Sequence record: SRR31156797_10522
Strand: one strand, 5' to 3'
DNA: 64,000 nucleotides
In this document: positions 1 through 8,587 of the stretch, piece by piece
How positions within the stretch are numbered: the first letter of the stretch is position 1
Layout of the letters: every line of letters starts with the position of its first letter
The notes under the pieces: model-generated
What the model saw: the letters and a program-made list of their open reading frames with translations, nothing else
Database searches by the model: none
What the model was told of the DNA's origin: nothing
Position numbers and translations under genes: made by a program

Positions 1-1
1 T

Positions 2-580
2 ATGCAGGATACTTTCTTTATTGAGAAAGAGCCAGATGTAATTTTACGTACACATACTTCATCGGTGCAGGTACACGATTTACAGGAAATGGAGTTGCCA
101 ATTCGTTGTTTAACTCCAGGTAGAGTATTTCGTAACGAAGCTATTTCGGCTCGAGCTCACTGTATCTTCCATCAAATTGAAGCACTTTACGTTGATGAGA
201 AAGTTTCATTTGCTGACTTGAAGCAGACTTTAACTTATTTTGCTAAAGAATTCTTTGGAGAGAAAACGGAGATTCGTTTGCGTCCATCTTATTTCCCATT
301 TACTGAGCCATCGGCAGAGGTTGATGTTACCTGTTCGCTTTGTGGTGGAAAAGGATGTAATGTTTGTAAAGGAACTGGTTGGTTAGAGATTTTAGGTTGT
401 GGTATGGTTGATCCAAATGTATTGGAATTAAACGGTATCGATAGTAAAAAATATTCGGGATTTGCATTGGGAATGGGAATTGAACGTATTACTATGTTAA
501 AATATGGTATTAAAGATTTGCGTTTATTCTTCGAGAATGATATCCGTTTCCTTGAGCAATTTACTGCTGGTGGATTTTAA
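2..580 (+). CDS. pheS: Phenylalanine--tRNA ligase alpha subunit (5'-truncated by window)
   Basis: [54 protein letters not shown] motifs. Confidence 0.98.
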   Translation: MQDTFFIEKEPDVILRTHTSSVQVHDLQEMELPIRCLTPGRVFRNEAISARAHCIFHQIEALYVDEKVSFADLKQTLTYFAKEFFGEKTEIRLRPSYFPFTEPSAEVDVTCSLCGGKGCNVCKGTGWLEILGCGMVDPNVLELNGIDSKKYSGFALGMGIERITMLKYGIKDLRLFFENDIRFLEQFTAGGF

Positions 581-606
581 TAAGGATTATTTATACAACC
601 ATTATA

Positions 607-637
607 AAAGATGCTGTCCTTACGGATGGCATTTTTT
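607..637 (+). terminator. Intrinsic terminator after pheS
   Basis: atgctgtcc-ttac-ggatggcat hairpin followed by T-tract. Confidence 0.75.
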
Positions 638-650
638 ATTTAAGAGAATA

Positions 651-708
651 TCAATAATCAAATCTCAAATTCCAAGAATGTTACATATTGGAATTTGAGA
701 TTTGGATT
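651..708. repeat. Inverted repeat built of 7-nt units (perfect 17-bp stem 659-675/688-704)
   Basis: caaatctcaaattccaa ... ttggaatttgagatttg; may also terminate the convergent OsmC gene. Confidence 0.8.
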
Positions 709-715
709 TTACTTT

Positions 716-1135
716 TTACTCTTCGTGATAAATAATTTCGGAGGTAACCGGAATAACTTGCTTATAAAGCGCACTAACACCACAATATTCTTCTTCGGAT
801 AATTTTACGGCACGTTCTATTTTCGTTTTAGGAAGATCTTTGCCAAAAAATTCGTAAACAACGTGCATATTCTTGTAATAAGTTGGTTGACTTTCAGTTA
901 ATTCTCCATGAACTGCGACCTTAATATCACGAACTTCCACTCTCATTTTTTTGAGAATCATTGCCATATCAATTCCTGTGCAACCCGCCAGAGCAGTTAA
1001 CATTAGTTTTTTGGGACGGAAACCTTTATCGTCACCACCAATATTAGTACCGGCATCAGTTATTATTTTGTGTCCATCCATATCTGCCTCGTAGGCTAGA
1101 TTACCTAACCACGACATTTCTACAGTGTGTTTCAT
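716..1135 (-). CDS. OsmC/Ohr (YhfA-like) family protein
   Basis: G-x-RPKKLMLTALAGCTGID and EEYCGVS two-Cys signature, 139 aa. Confidence 0.9.
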   Translation of the reverse strand: MKHTVEMSWLGNLAYEADMDGHKIITDAGTNIGGDDKGFRPKKLMLTALAGCTGIDMAMILKKMRVEVRDIKVAVHGELTESQPTYYKNMHVVYEFFGKDLPKTKIERAVKLSEEEYCGVSALYKQVIPVTSEIIYHEE

Positions 1136-1448
1136 ATTTTATAAAGTGTTTTTTAAATGTAAAGTTACAAGTAGCAAGTTATACGACCTGATAATATATT
1201 CCTAACTTATTTTTTAATCTTGATTTCTGTTTATCTATAAAAATAAAAGTTTAATTTGAAATCAACTTAGCAAAAGCTATTGGAGAAGTAAAACTTAAAT
1301 TAGTATATTTAGAGCTAATTCTAAACTAGGTGAGCTTAGAATTAGCAACAAACAAACACAGCAAAACGTCCACCTTTATTTTGTGGATTTTAAGCACATT
1401 ATTTGATGTATTTAGTATAGTATTTCTAATTAGTGATTTCAGATTAAG

Positions 1449-2159
1449 TTGAAAATGAAGCAAAATTTAATTCTTCCTAATTGCAATCAATTAGCAGATA
1501 AATTCACCGAAAGGTTTCCTGATCTTTCGGTTGATGATAAGAATCTTCTGTTCTGGGACGAAGATGTTCACTTTCAGAAACGTGGAAGTGTTCTTTATAA
1601 AGAAGGTGACTTTGCCAAAGGATGCTATTTTTTGTATTCGGGCATACTAAAAGTGTTTAAAACCGGACTGGAAGGTAAGGAGCAGATATTGCGATTTGCC
1701 AAACCTGGTGATTTAATTGGTTTTAGATCGGTGTTAAGTCAGGAGCGATTTTGTACCTCTTCAAAGGTGATTGAAGATGCGATGGTCAGTTTTATACCTG
1801 GTACAGTCTTAACCAAGCTGATTCAGGAGAATTCTAATTTTGCACTGGAATTGATGAAAATGACCTGTAATGAATTGGGTGAGGCTAACAATTACATTAC
1901 CGATATTGCCCAAAAAACAGTTCGTGAACGATTGGCTGAGGTTTTGGTGCATTTAGAGGATACCTTTGGTCTTAACGATGAAGGAACCCTTAAAATATCG
2001 CTTACGCGCGAAGAACTCGCCAATATGGTGGGTACGGCTACCGAATCGGTTATTCGATTGCTATCGGAGTTTAAATCGGATAAACTGATTGAACTAAATG
2101 GCAGAAAAATAAAAATAATTAATAGCAATGCACTTAAAAAAACTGGTGGATTGATATAA
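1449..2159 (+). CDS. Crp/Fnr family transcriptional regulator (start may be ATG 1455)
   Basis: cNMP-binding domain (GKEQILRFAKPGDLIG) and C-terminal HTH LTREELANMVGTATESVIRLLSEF. Confidence 0.95.
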   Translation: MKMKQNLILPNCNQLADKFTERFPDLSVDDKNLLFWDEDVHFQKRGSVLYKEGDFAKGCYFLYSGILKVFKTGLEGKEQILRFAKPGDLIGFRSVLSQERFCTSSKVIEDAMVSFIPGTVLTKLIQENSNFALELMKMTCNELGEANNYITDIAQKTVRERLAEVLVHLEDTFGLNDEGTLKISLTREELANMVGTATESVIRLLSEFKSDKLIELNGRKIKIINSNALKKTGGLI

Positions 2160-2177
2160 GATATTAAGAATATATGT

Positions 2178-2210
2178 AAACCCCATTCGATTATATAGAA
2201 TGGGGTTTTT
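2178..2210 (+). terminator. Intrinsic terminator after Crp/Fnr gene
   Basis: aaaccccattc ... gaatggggttttt. Confidence 0.8.
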
Positions 2211-2407
2211 ATTTGCATTTAAATTATTATTATAAATCCTACTAATCTTGCTAAATCGCTGATATGAAAATAATTAGGAGTTGATTGTCTTTTAATATAT
2301 TTTACAATATTAATTGGTTTGAAATCCAAATTATCTTTAATTTCAATAATATTATTCAACTATTACGATTACTATATTTTTTGTTTAATCTAAAAAACAC
2401 ACCTAAA

Positions 2408-3151
2408 ATGACTAACAAAGAATGTTACGAATTGTTATTAGAAAAGTACAATGCAATTCCTAAAGAAGAAGTAAAAGCACCTAACCTTCCTGTTGAAACT
2501 GCCATATGCGAAGCCCTTAAGCTAAACGAGAATGCTCCTCAGGACAAAGATCAACTTACAGCTACGGATATCGATACTGTATTAATCGATGAATTGGAAA
2601 CAAGAGCATTAGGATGTAAACATGCTCAATTATTATGGGAGGAAGTGTTTAGAGATAAATCGGATGCCGAAGAAGAGTGGAAGTTGATCGCTCCTAAAGC
2701 CTACGATTTAAAAGATATCCTTTTGCATTATTGTAGGTTTGCGTATAGAAACAATAAAGAGTTAAAAGATAGAGTTGATCGTATAGCAGAAGGGAACGGA
2801 CACGACGACCTGGTGATGGATTTGGCCAATTTGGCTAATTTAGGTAAAGGTAATTCAGAACCTTTGCTTGCCAATTCGGTGGATATGACTCTTTTCGATC
2901 AGGCTGAAAGCATGTCGACCCAATGTGGTGATTTACTGGCTAAAGTACATGGTGCAAAAACTTCTAATGATGCATCTGCTAAAGATATGCGCGACAGAGT
3001 ATACACCTGTTTAAAAGAAGCCGTAGATGCTGTTCGTGCAGCTGGACGATTTGTGTTCTGGAGAAATGATGAGCGAGTAGAATTATATGGAAGTGAGTAT
3101 TTCCGTGAATTACGAGCTAAGAGCAGGAAAGAAGAGGAATTGGAAGCCTAA
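2408..3151 (+). CDS. Hypothetical, probably alpha-helical protein (~247 aa)
   Basis: Long ORF with protein-like composition from ATG 2408 (A-rich context acctaaaATG); the upstream extension from 2285 looks non-coding; no recognised motif. Confidence 0.8.
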   Translation: MTNKECYELLLEKYNAIPKEEVKAPNLPVETAICEALKLNENAPQDKDQLTATDIDTVLIDELETRALGCKHAQLLWEEVFRDKSDAEEEWKLIAPKAYDLKDILLHYCRFAYRNNKELKDRVDRIAEGNGHDDLVMDLANLANLGKGNSEPLLANSVDMTLFDQAESMSTQCGDLLAKVHGAKTSNDASAKDMRDRVYTCLKEAVDAVRAAGRFVFWRNDERVELYGSEYFRELRAKSRKEEELEA

Positions 3152-3185
3152 TACTGCTGTAAGCCCCGCGAAGATTCACTTATTT

Positions 3186-3362
3186 AGGCTATGGACTGCT
3201 TTTTATGACTATGGAGAGATGCATATAGGCTATGATTTACTAAAAGCAGGCTATGGAAGGGTAAAATACCCGCAGGAATCTAATTTTTTAGCTATGGAGA
3301 GCATAATTTAATCTATGGACGATCTAAAATTGTAAAGGAAAGGCCGATTTCGGCGATGGACA
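3186..3362 (+). repeat. Degenerate ~21-bp-period array, core CTATGGA with variable spacers (~9 units)
   Basis: Cores at 3189, 3209, 3230 (ctatga), 3251, 3292, 3313, 3354 (cgatgga); degenerate units at ~3271 and ~3333. Confidence 0.75.
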
Positions 3363-3381
3363 AAAAATACAGATACCATCT

Positions 3382-3410
3382 GTAGAGCCGTAGCATTGCT
3401 ACGGCTCTAT
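3382..3410. repeat. REP element (GTAG type) upstream of RAYT
   Basis: gtagagccgtagca-t-tgctacggctcta; perfect 13-bp palindrome arms 3383-3395/3397-3409. Confidence 0.85.
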
Positions 3411-3426
3411 CCATTTAAAATATATC

Positions 3427-3969
3427 ATGAAAAAATTCCAAAATAAATACCGAATTCCGTCGGCACGTGCCAATTGGTGGGATTATTCGAATGAAGCCTG
3501 GTATTTTATTACCATTTGCACTGGGAATAAACAGGAATTTTTTGGTAATGTTATAAATGGCGAAGTGCAATTGTGCGATATTGGATTATTGGCAGAAAAA
3601 TATTGGTTGGATATTCCCAATCATTTTCCTTTTGTGAAATTGCATGCGTTCGTGGTGATGCCCAATCATGTGCATGGTATTGTCGAAATAGTAGAGACGT
3701 TGCATGCAACGTCTGTACAGCCTGCAATGTCTCTACCATGTAAAAATGAATTTATGGCTGATATATCACCAAAACGTGGATCATTAGCTAGTGTAATTCG
3801 CTCCTACAAATCGGCTGTAACAAAAGATGCCCGAAAAATTAATACTGATTTTAAATGGCAGGAACGTTTTCATGATCATATCATTCGAGACTATGCCGAC
3901 CACTATAGAATTGCCAATTATATTAAGAAAAATCCCATGAAATGGGAGCATGACAAATACAATAAATAA
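3427..3969 (+). mobile_element. REP-associated tyrosine transposase (RAYT, Y1/IS200-like HUH)
   Basis: YFITICT, MPNHVHGIV (HUH), SLASVIRSYKSAVT, WQERFHDHIIR, YIKKNP catalytic Tyr; flanked by GTAG REPs. Confidence 0.92.
3691..3736. repeat. REP (plus a half copy) embedded in frame in the RAYT gene
   Basis: gtagagacgttgcatgcaacgtctgtac then tgcaatgtctctac; reads VETLHATSVQPAMSL. Confidence 0.8.
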
Positions 3970-3971
3970 AT

Positions 3972-4005
3972 GTAGAGCAGAGTCGTAGCATTGCTACGTC
4001 TCTAC
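3972..4005. repeat. REP element downstream of RAYT
   Basis: gtagagcagagtcgtagcattgctacgtctctac; shares the cgtagcattgctacg core with the upstream REP. Confidence 0.82.
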
Positions 4006-4153
4006 CAATTTTTAAATTTGTATCTATTGAATTCTTATTGTACAGTACGAATTAACTAAAGTTATAGTATTTCACATATTTTTACTCATTTTAGGGTTAC
4101 CTTTTTAATTTTTCAGGAATTAATGGGTAGCTAGTAATACTAAACTCACTACT

Positions 4154-4351
4154 ATGAATATTACCGAAAATCGCTACTTAATTGATGAAATATTAAACTT
4201 AGCGCATAATAAATCTACAGGAACACTGAATAAACTATTTGATAGCGTTGGTCTTTCGGTTAGGAGTTTATATAGAATAATTGAGAACAGAAAAGATCTG
4301 TTAATTCCTTTTCGAAACTCATGATCCTTGAGATCTTATGTACTGGATTAA
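4154..4351 (+). pseudogene. Small HTH-domain protein interrupted by an in-frame TGA (4322-4324)
   Basis: Hand translation MNITENRYLIDEILNLAHNKSTGTLNKLFDSVGLSVRSLYRIIENRKDLLIPFRNS*SLRSYVLD*; resembles Bacteroidota TGT..L...lg.S.R.LYR.I HTH proteins. Confidence 0.6.
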
Positions 4352-4388
4352 AGGATAATTTTGTTGAATATAAAAATAAAAAAAACAA

Positions 4389-5756
4389 ATGATTAATTAC
4401 AACAGATCCATAAGCCTTAAAACTTATTTTAAAAGTGTACTTCTCTTATTTATATGTGTACAGTTTGTTTCGTGTATTGATAAAAATACAAATACTGAAA
4501 AAAAAGAATTACACAAACCTGATACTCTTCATTTATCAGTAAATATGAAATCACGACAAATTTGTAATTTCAATTTTGTTGGAGATTTATATTTTGATAA
4601 AAATCTTGCTATTGAACATGATACGGTTGGTGAAAATACTTATATAAAGGAATTCCCATTATCCTATAAATATCAAATTTTTAGTTATTGCTTAATCGAT
4701 TTTAAAAATCCTATACCTATTTATCATTATTTTTTGATTGATGATAAGGTAAAGAAATTGGATTTTACGTTTAAAGATGGAGTGTTTACCTGGTCAAAAA
4801 ATAATAATGCGATCGTTCTGGATGATATTTTTGAAAGCTATATTCCAGTTCGTAAAAAATTAAACGGAGGGCGGTATTCAAGTAAGCAAGATCTAATTGA
4901 GCAAATTAATAGTATATTTCAATCTAATAAAAGCAATCACCAGGGAGAAGATTTGGTTTTGAAAGTTAATCATTTGCATTACATTCAAAAATTGCAAAGA
5001 ATAGATCCGTACAACCCTAAGATTAGCAGTTTTATTGAAAATTTGAAAGAGGATCCCATTGCGAGTCATGTGACCGTAAGAATGTTTAAAGATTACATCA
5101 AATTTCATATCGATAAAATTGATTATGAGGAACTGAATACAACTCGATATTCTCCTGTTTTTGTAAAATTATTTACTAAAGTGATGTATCACTACTTACG
5201 TGATCCTGAGAATAAAGGAGATGCTCAAAATGTTAAGGGTTTAAATTGGTTTAAGCAAACGACCTACTACAAAGAGCATAAGGAATTGTTCGAAACGGAA
5301 ATTACACCATTGGATAATGAGGAGTTTAAAAGAAGAATTCAAAAGTTTACTTTATTGGATGCCAATCAGCAGATTATTTCATTTGAATCTATCTTAAAAA
5401 AGAATCCTTCCGACTATTATCTAATTGATTTTTGGGCTACCTGGTGTGGTCCTTGTAAATCGGGAATGAAAAGAATTAAAGAACTACCTATTCCCAAGAA
5501 TATAAAAGTGATTAATGTAAGTGTTGATAACATTAACAAATTGGAAAAGTGGAAAAAATACGTAAAAGAGACGAATCAGGAATTGAGCTTTTTAATTAAT
5601 AAAAAAGATCTGGAGAATAAAGAATTTGTCAAATTTATTCGTATTAAATCTATTCCACGCTACCTAATCATCGATAAAGATATGAACTTGATGGATGAAG
5701 AATTTTATCATCCGCATGATGCTAAGTTTATGGAGGATTTGAATCGTTTATTGTAG
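4389..5756 (+). CDS. TlpA/ResA-like thioredoxin-domain lipoprotein
   Basis: C-terminal IDFWATWCGPC and IPRYLIID; N-terminal hydrophobic segment ending VSC (lipobox-like). Confidence 0.85.
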   Translation: MINYNRSISLKTYFKSVLLLFICVQFVSCIDKNTNTEKKELHKPDTLHLSVNMKSRQICNFNFVGDLYFDKNLAIEHDTVGENTYIKEFPLSYKYQIFSYCLIDFKNPIPIYHYFLIDDKVKKLDFTFKDGVFTWSKNNNAIVLDDIFESYIPVRKKLNGGRYSSKQDLIEQINSIFQSNKSNHQGEDLVLKVNHLHYIQKLQRIDPYNPKISSFIENLKEDPIASHVTVRMFKDYIKFHIDKIDYEELNTTRYSPVFVKLFTKVMYHYLRDPENKGDAQNVKGLNWFKQTTYYKEHKELFETEITPLDNEEFKRRIQKFTLLDANQQIISFESILKKNPSDYYLIDFWATWCGPCKSGMKRIKELPIPKNIKVINVSVDNINKLEKWKKYVKETNQELSFLINKKDLENKEFVKFIRIKSIPRYLIIDKDMNLMDEEFYHPHDAKFMEDLNRLL

Positions 5757-5947
5757 ATCATATACTGATAATACTAGGGAAGTAGTTCGTTACAATCTTT
5801 TGTGAAAGAAGAAAGGTTGATGTGTATAATGAGATATATGTTATGTATTGAATACAAATTGTACTTCAGCGAATAAATATTTAATATTATTGCACATTTT
5901 CCCTATTTTTATGCTACCATATACCAATTGCTAACTAATAATCTATT

Positions 5948-8155
5948 TTGAAAAAAAAATTCCCTCACTTCCGCCAGTTGGATGCCATGGATTGTGGTCC
6001 TACTTGTTTGCGTATGATTGCCAAGCATTATGGCAAAACATTCAGCTTGCAATCTTTAAGAGATAAATCTCACATTACCCGCGAGGGAGTTTCTATGCTT
6101 GGTATTGCCGATGCTGCCGAAAGCATTGGTTTAAAAACTATGGGCGTTCGAATTTCGTTCGAGCAATTAGAGAAAGATGCACCTCTTCCGGCGATTTGTC
6201 ATTGGGGACAGAATCATTTTGTAGTAGTCCATAAAATTGAAACCAAAAGAGGGAAAACTACGGTTCATGTTGCTGACCCGGGTTCTGGATTATTGAAATT
6301 TACAAAGGATGAGTTTAAAAAGCAATGGGCGAGTACGCAAAGCCAGGGAGAGTTGAAGGGCTTGTGTTTATTGGTAGAAACTACACCTGATTTTTATAGT
6401 CAAAGCGATGAAGATGTCTCAAATAAAAAGAGTATTGGTTTTCTTTTGAGGTACCTTAAACCTTATCGTAAATTTTTGATTCAGCTGATATTGGGAATGC
6501 TTTTTGGAAGTATGCTTCAGCTGATTTTCCCGTTTCTTACTCAATCGGTTGTTGATGTTGGTATCAATACACAGAACCTAAATTTTATTTATTTGGTTCT
6601 GATAGCGCAATTGGTGTTGTTTGTTTCACGAATGTCTGTTGAGTTCATTCGATCGTGGATCTTACTACATATTTCAACCAGAATTAATATTTCTCTGATA
6701 TCCGATTTTCTGATTAAGCTGATGAAATTGCCAATTGGCTTTTTTGATATCAAAATGATTGGGGATTTGTTGCAGAGAATTCAAGATCATACAAGAATCG
6801 AAAATTTCTTGACATCGTCAACATTGAATGTATTGTTTTCAATGGTAAATTTGGTGATTTTCGGTGCTGTATTAGCAGTTTATAACATGCAGATTTTCTT
6901 GATTTTTCTTTTAGGTTCTGCATTGTATTTAATTTGGGTGAACCTGTTCTTACGTAAACGTCGTGAGTTGGATGGCAAGCGCTTCGCTCAATTGTCGAGC
7001 AATCAAAACTCTTTGGTGCAGCTAATTACTGGAATGCAAGAAATTAAGCTGAACAATTGTGAGAAGCAAAAACGTTGGGAATGGGAACAAATTCAGGCAG
7101 AATTGTTCCAGGTTCGAACCAAAGGTTTGGCTTTAAATCAGTATCAAATATCTGGATCCATATTTTTTAACGAAACCAAGAATATCATTATCACTTTTTT
7201 AGCGGCGAAGGCGGTGGTTGATGGTCAAATGACGCTTGGTATGATGATGGCTGTTCAGTATATTATTGGTCAGTTAAACTCACCTTTAGATAATTTAGTT
7301 CAGGTGATTCATTCGTGGCAAGATGCTAAAATTTCCTTGGAACGATTGGGTGAAATACATGAAATGAAGAATGAGGAAGAACATTCAGATGAAAAAATTA
7401 GCGAAGTTCCAGAAGAGAAAACGATAAATATTGATAAAGTTTGCTTCCAATATGAGGGTCCTCATTCCGAAATGGTTTTGAATGAAGTTAATTTGGATGT
7501 AGAGCAAGGTAAAACTACTGCTATTGTAGGAGCATCGGGTAGTGGTAAAACTACTTTAATCAAGCTGATGTTAGGCTTTTATCCTACAACAAAGGGTAGA
7601 ATTTCATTGGGTGGAGTTACTTTGGAAAATTACAGCTCTTCTATGTGGCGACAAAACTGTGGTGTTGTTATGCAGGACGGGTTTATTTTCTCGGATACTA
7701 TCGCAAAAAACATTGCTGTGGGAGTGGAGCATATCGATAAAAAGAGATTGTTGTATGCAGTACAAGTGGCCTGTATCGATCAATTTATAGAAACCTTGCC
7801 ATTACGTTACAATACCAATATAGGTGCGAATGGTCACGGTTTAAGCCAAGGTCAGAAACAAAGAATACTAATTGCTCGTGCGGTTTATAAGAATCCTGAA
7901 TTCCTTTTCTTCGATGAAGCTACAAATGCATTAGATGCCAATAATGAATTGGCTATTATGGAGAATTTAGATGAGTTCAATAAGGGAAGAACTGTTGTTG
8001 TGGTTGCACACCGATTAAGTACAGTTCGTAATGCTGATAAGATTATCGTTTTGGAAAAAGGGGAAATAGTTGAGCAGGGTACACATGAAGAATTAACACG
8101 TTTAGAAGGTAAGTACTATCAGTTGGTTAAAAATCAGTTGGAGCTAGGAAATTAG
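5948..8155 (+). CDS. Peptidase C39 domain-containing ABC transporter (PCAT)
   Basis: QLDAMDCGPTCL catalytic Cys, HWGQNHFVV, TM domain, Walker A GASGSGKT, LSQGQKQR, DEATNALD. Confidence 0.96.
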   Translation: MKKKFPHFRQLDAMDCGPTCLRMIAKHYGKTFSLQSLRDKSHITREGVSMLGIADAAESIGLKTMGVRISFEQLEKDAPLPAICHWGQNHFVVVHKIETKRGKTTVHVADPGSGLLKFTKDEFKKQWASTQSQGELKGLCLLVETTPDFYSQSDEDVSNKKSIGFLLRYLKPYRKFLIQLILGMLFGSMLQLIFPFLTQSVVDVGINTQNLNFIYLVLIAQLVLFVSRMSVEFIRSWILLHISTRINISLISDFLIKLMKLPIGFFDIKMIGDLLQRIQDHTRIENFLTSSTLNVLFSMVNLVIFGAVLAVYNMQIFLIFLLGSALYLIWVNLFLRKRRELDGKRFAQLSSNQNSLVQLITGMQEIKLNNCEKQKRWEWEQIQAELFQVRTKGLALNQYQISGSIFFNETKNIIITFLAAKAVVDGQMTLGMMMAVQYIIGQLNSPLDNLVQVIHSWQDAKISLERLGEIHEMKNEEEHSDEKISEVPEEKTINIDKVCFQYEGPHSEMVLNEVNLDVEQGKTTAIVGASGSGKTTLIKLMLGFYPTTKGRISLGGVTLENYSSSMWRQNCGVVMQDGFIFSDTIAKNIAVGVEHIDKKRLLYAVQVACIDQFIETLPLRYNTNIGANGHGLSQGQKQRILIARAVYKNPEFLFFDEATNALDANNELAIMENLDEFNKGRTVVVVAHRLSTVRNADKIIVLEKGEIVEQGTHEELTRLEGKYYQLVKNQLELGN

Positions 8156-8158
8156 CAC

Positions 8159-8176
8159 AATTAAGAATGAGTAATT
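8159..8176. repeat. Left inverted repeat of four-helix-bundle cassette
   Basis: aattaagaatgagtaatt; 17/18 complementary to 8562-8579. Confidence 0.75.
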
Positions 8177-8191
8177 AATAATTTGAATTTC

Positions 8192-8551
8192 ATGAAACAG
8201 AATGTTGTTCAAGATAAATCTTACAAGTTTAGTATTCGGATTATTAATCTTTATAAGTTTTTAAAGAAGGATAAAAATGAGTTTATTCTTTCGAAGCAAA
8301 TATTGCGATGTGGAACTTCTATCGGTGCAAATATAGAAGAGGCAATTGGTGGAATATCTAGAAAGGATTTTATCGCGAAATTACAAATTTCCTATAAAGA
8401 AGCTAGGGAAACACATTATTGGCTTCGCTTATTAAAAGATACAGAATTCATTGATGAGAATATGTTCAAATCTTTGATTGATGATTGTGAAGAAGTTTTA
8501 AAGCTTCTATCTAAAATACTAGAAACATCTAAATCTAATTTGGGTAATTAA
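8192..8551 (+). CDS. Four helix bundle protein (23S rRNA-IVP/TIGR02436-like)
   Basis: KSYKFSIRII, LSKQILRCGTSIGANIEEA, DFIAKLQISYKEARETHYWLRLL. Confidence 0.93.
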   Translation: MKQNVVQDKSYKFSIRIINLYKFLKKDKNEFILSKQILRCGTSIGANIEEAIGGISRKDFIAKLQISYKEARETHYWLRLLKDTEFIDENMFKSLIDDCEEVLKLLSKILETSKSNLGN

Positions 8552-8561
8552 TATAATTGTA

Positions 8562-8579
8562 AATTACTCATTATTAATT
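8562..8579. repeat. Right inverted repeat of four-helix-bundle cassette
   Basis: aattactcattattaatt. Confidence 0.75.
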
Positions 8580-8587
8580 TTTAATTA

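Noticed and set aside
1136-1448. FNR box between the OsmC and Crp/Fnr genes
   Set aside because: No TTGAT-N4-ATCAA match found by eye
2285-2407. N-terminal extension of the hypothetical protein in the ORF track
   Set aside because: Low-complexity F/N/I-rich translation of AT-rich promoter DNA; ATG 2408 has the better context
3087-3311. 74-aa ORF over the first array
   Set aside because: Overlaps the upstream gene's end, drifts across the repeat register and has no protein-like features
3186-3362. CRISPR array interpretation of the periodic repeats (also 52583-52843)
   Set aside because: Cores are only 6-7 nt and spacers 13-15 nt, far below CRISPR dimensions; no cas genes in the window
4322-4324. 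TGA in the HTH gene as selenocysteine (given mnmH in the window)
   Set aside because: No Cys/redox context, no evident SECIS-like hairpin, and SelU does not imply Sec decoding
5820-5876. Short ORF MCIMRYMLCIEYKLYFSE as the PCAT precursor
   Set aside because: No double-glycine leader or core peptide; likely chance
5951-5959. A9 tract after the PCAT start codon as a phase-variation switch
   Set aside because: Similar A-runs occur in housekeeping-type genes here (e.g. ~21001); expected in an AT-rich genome
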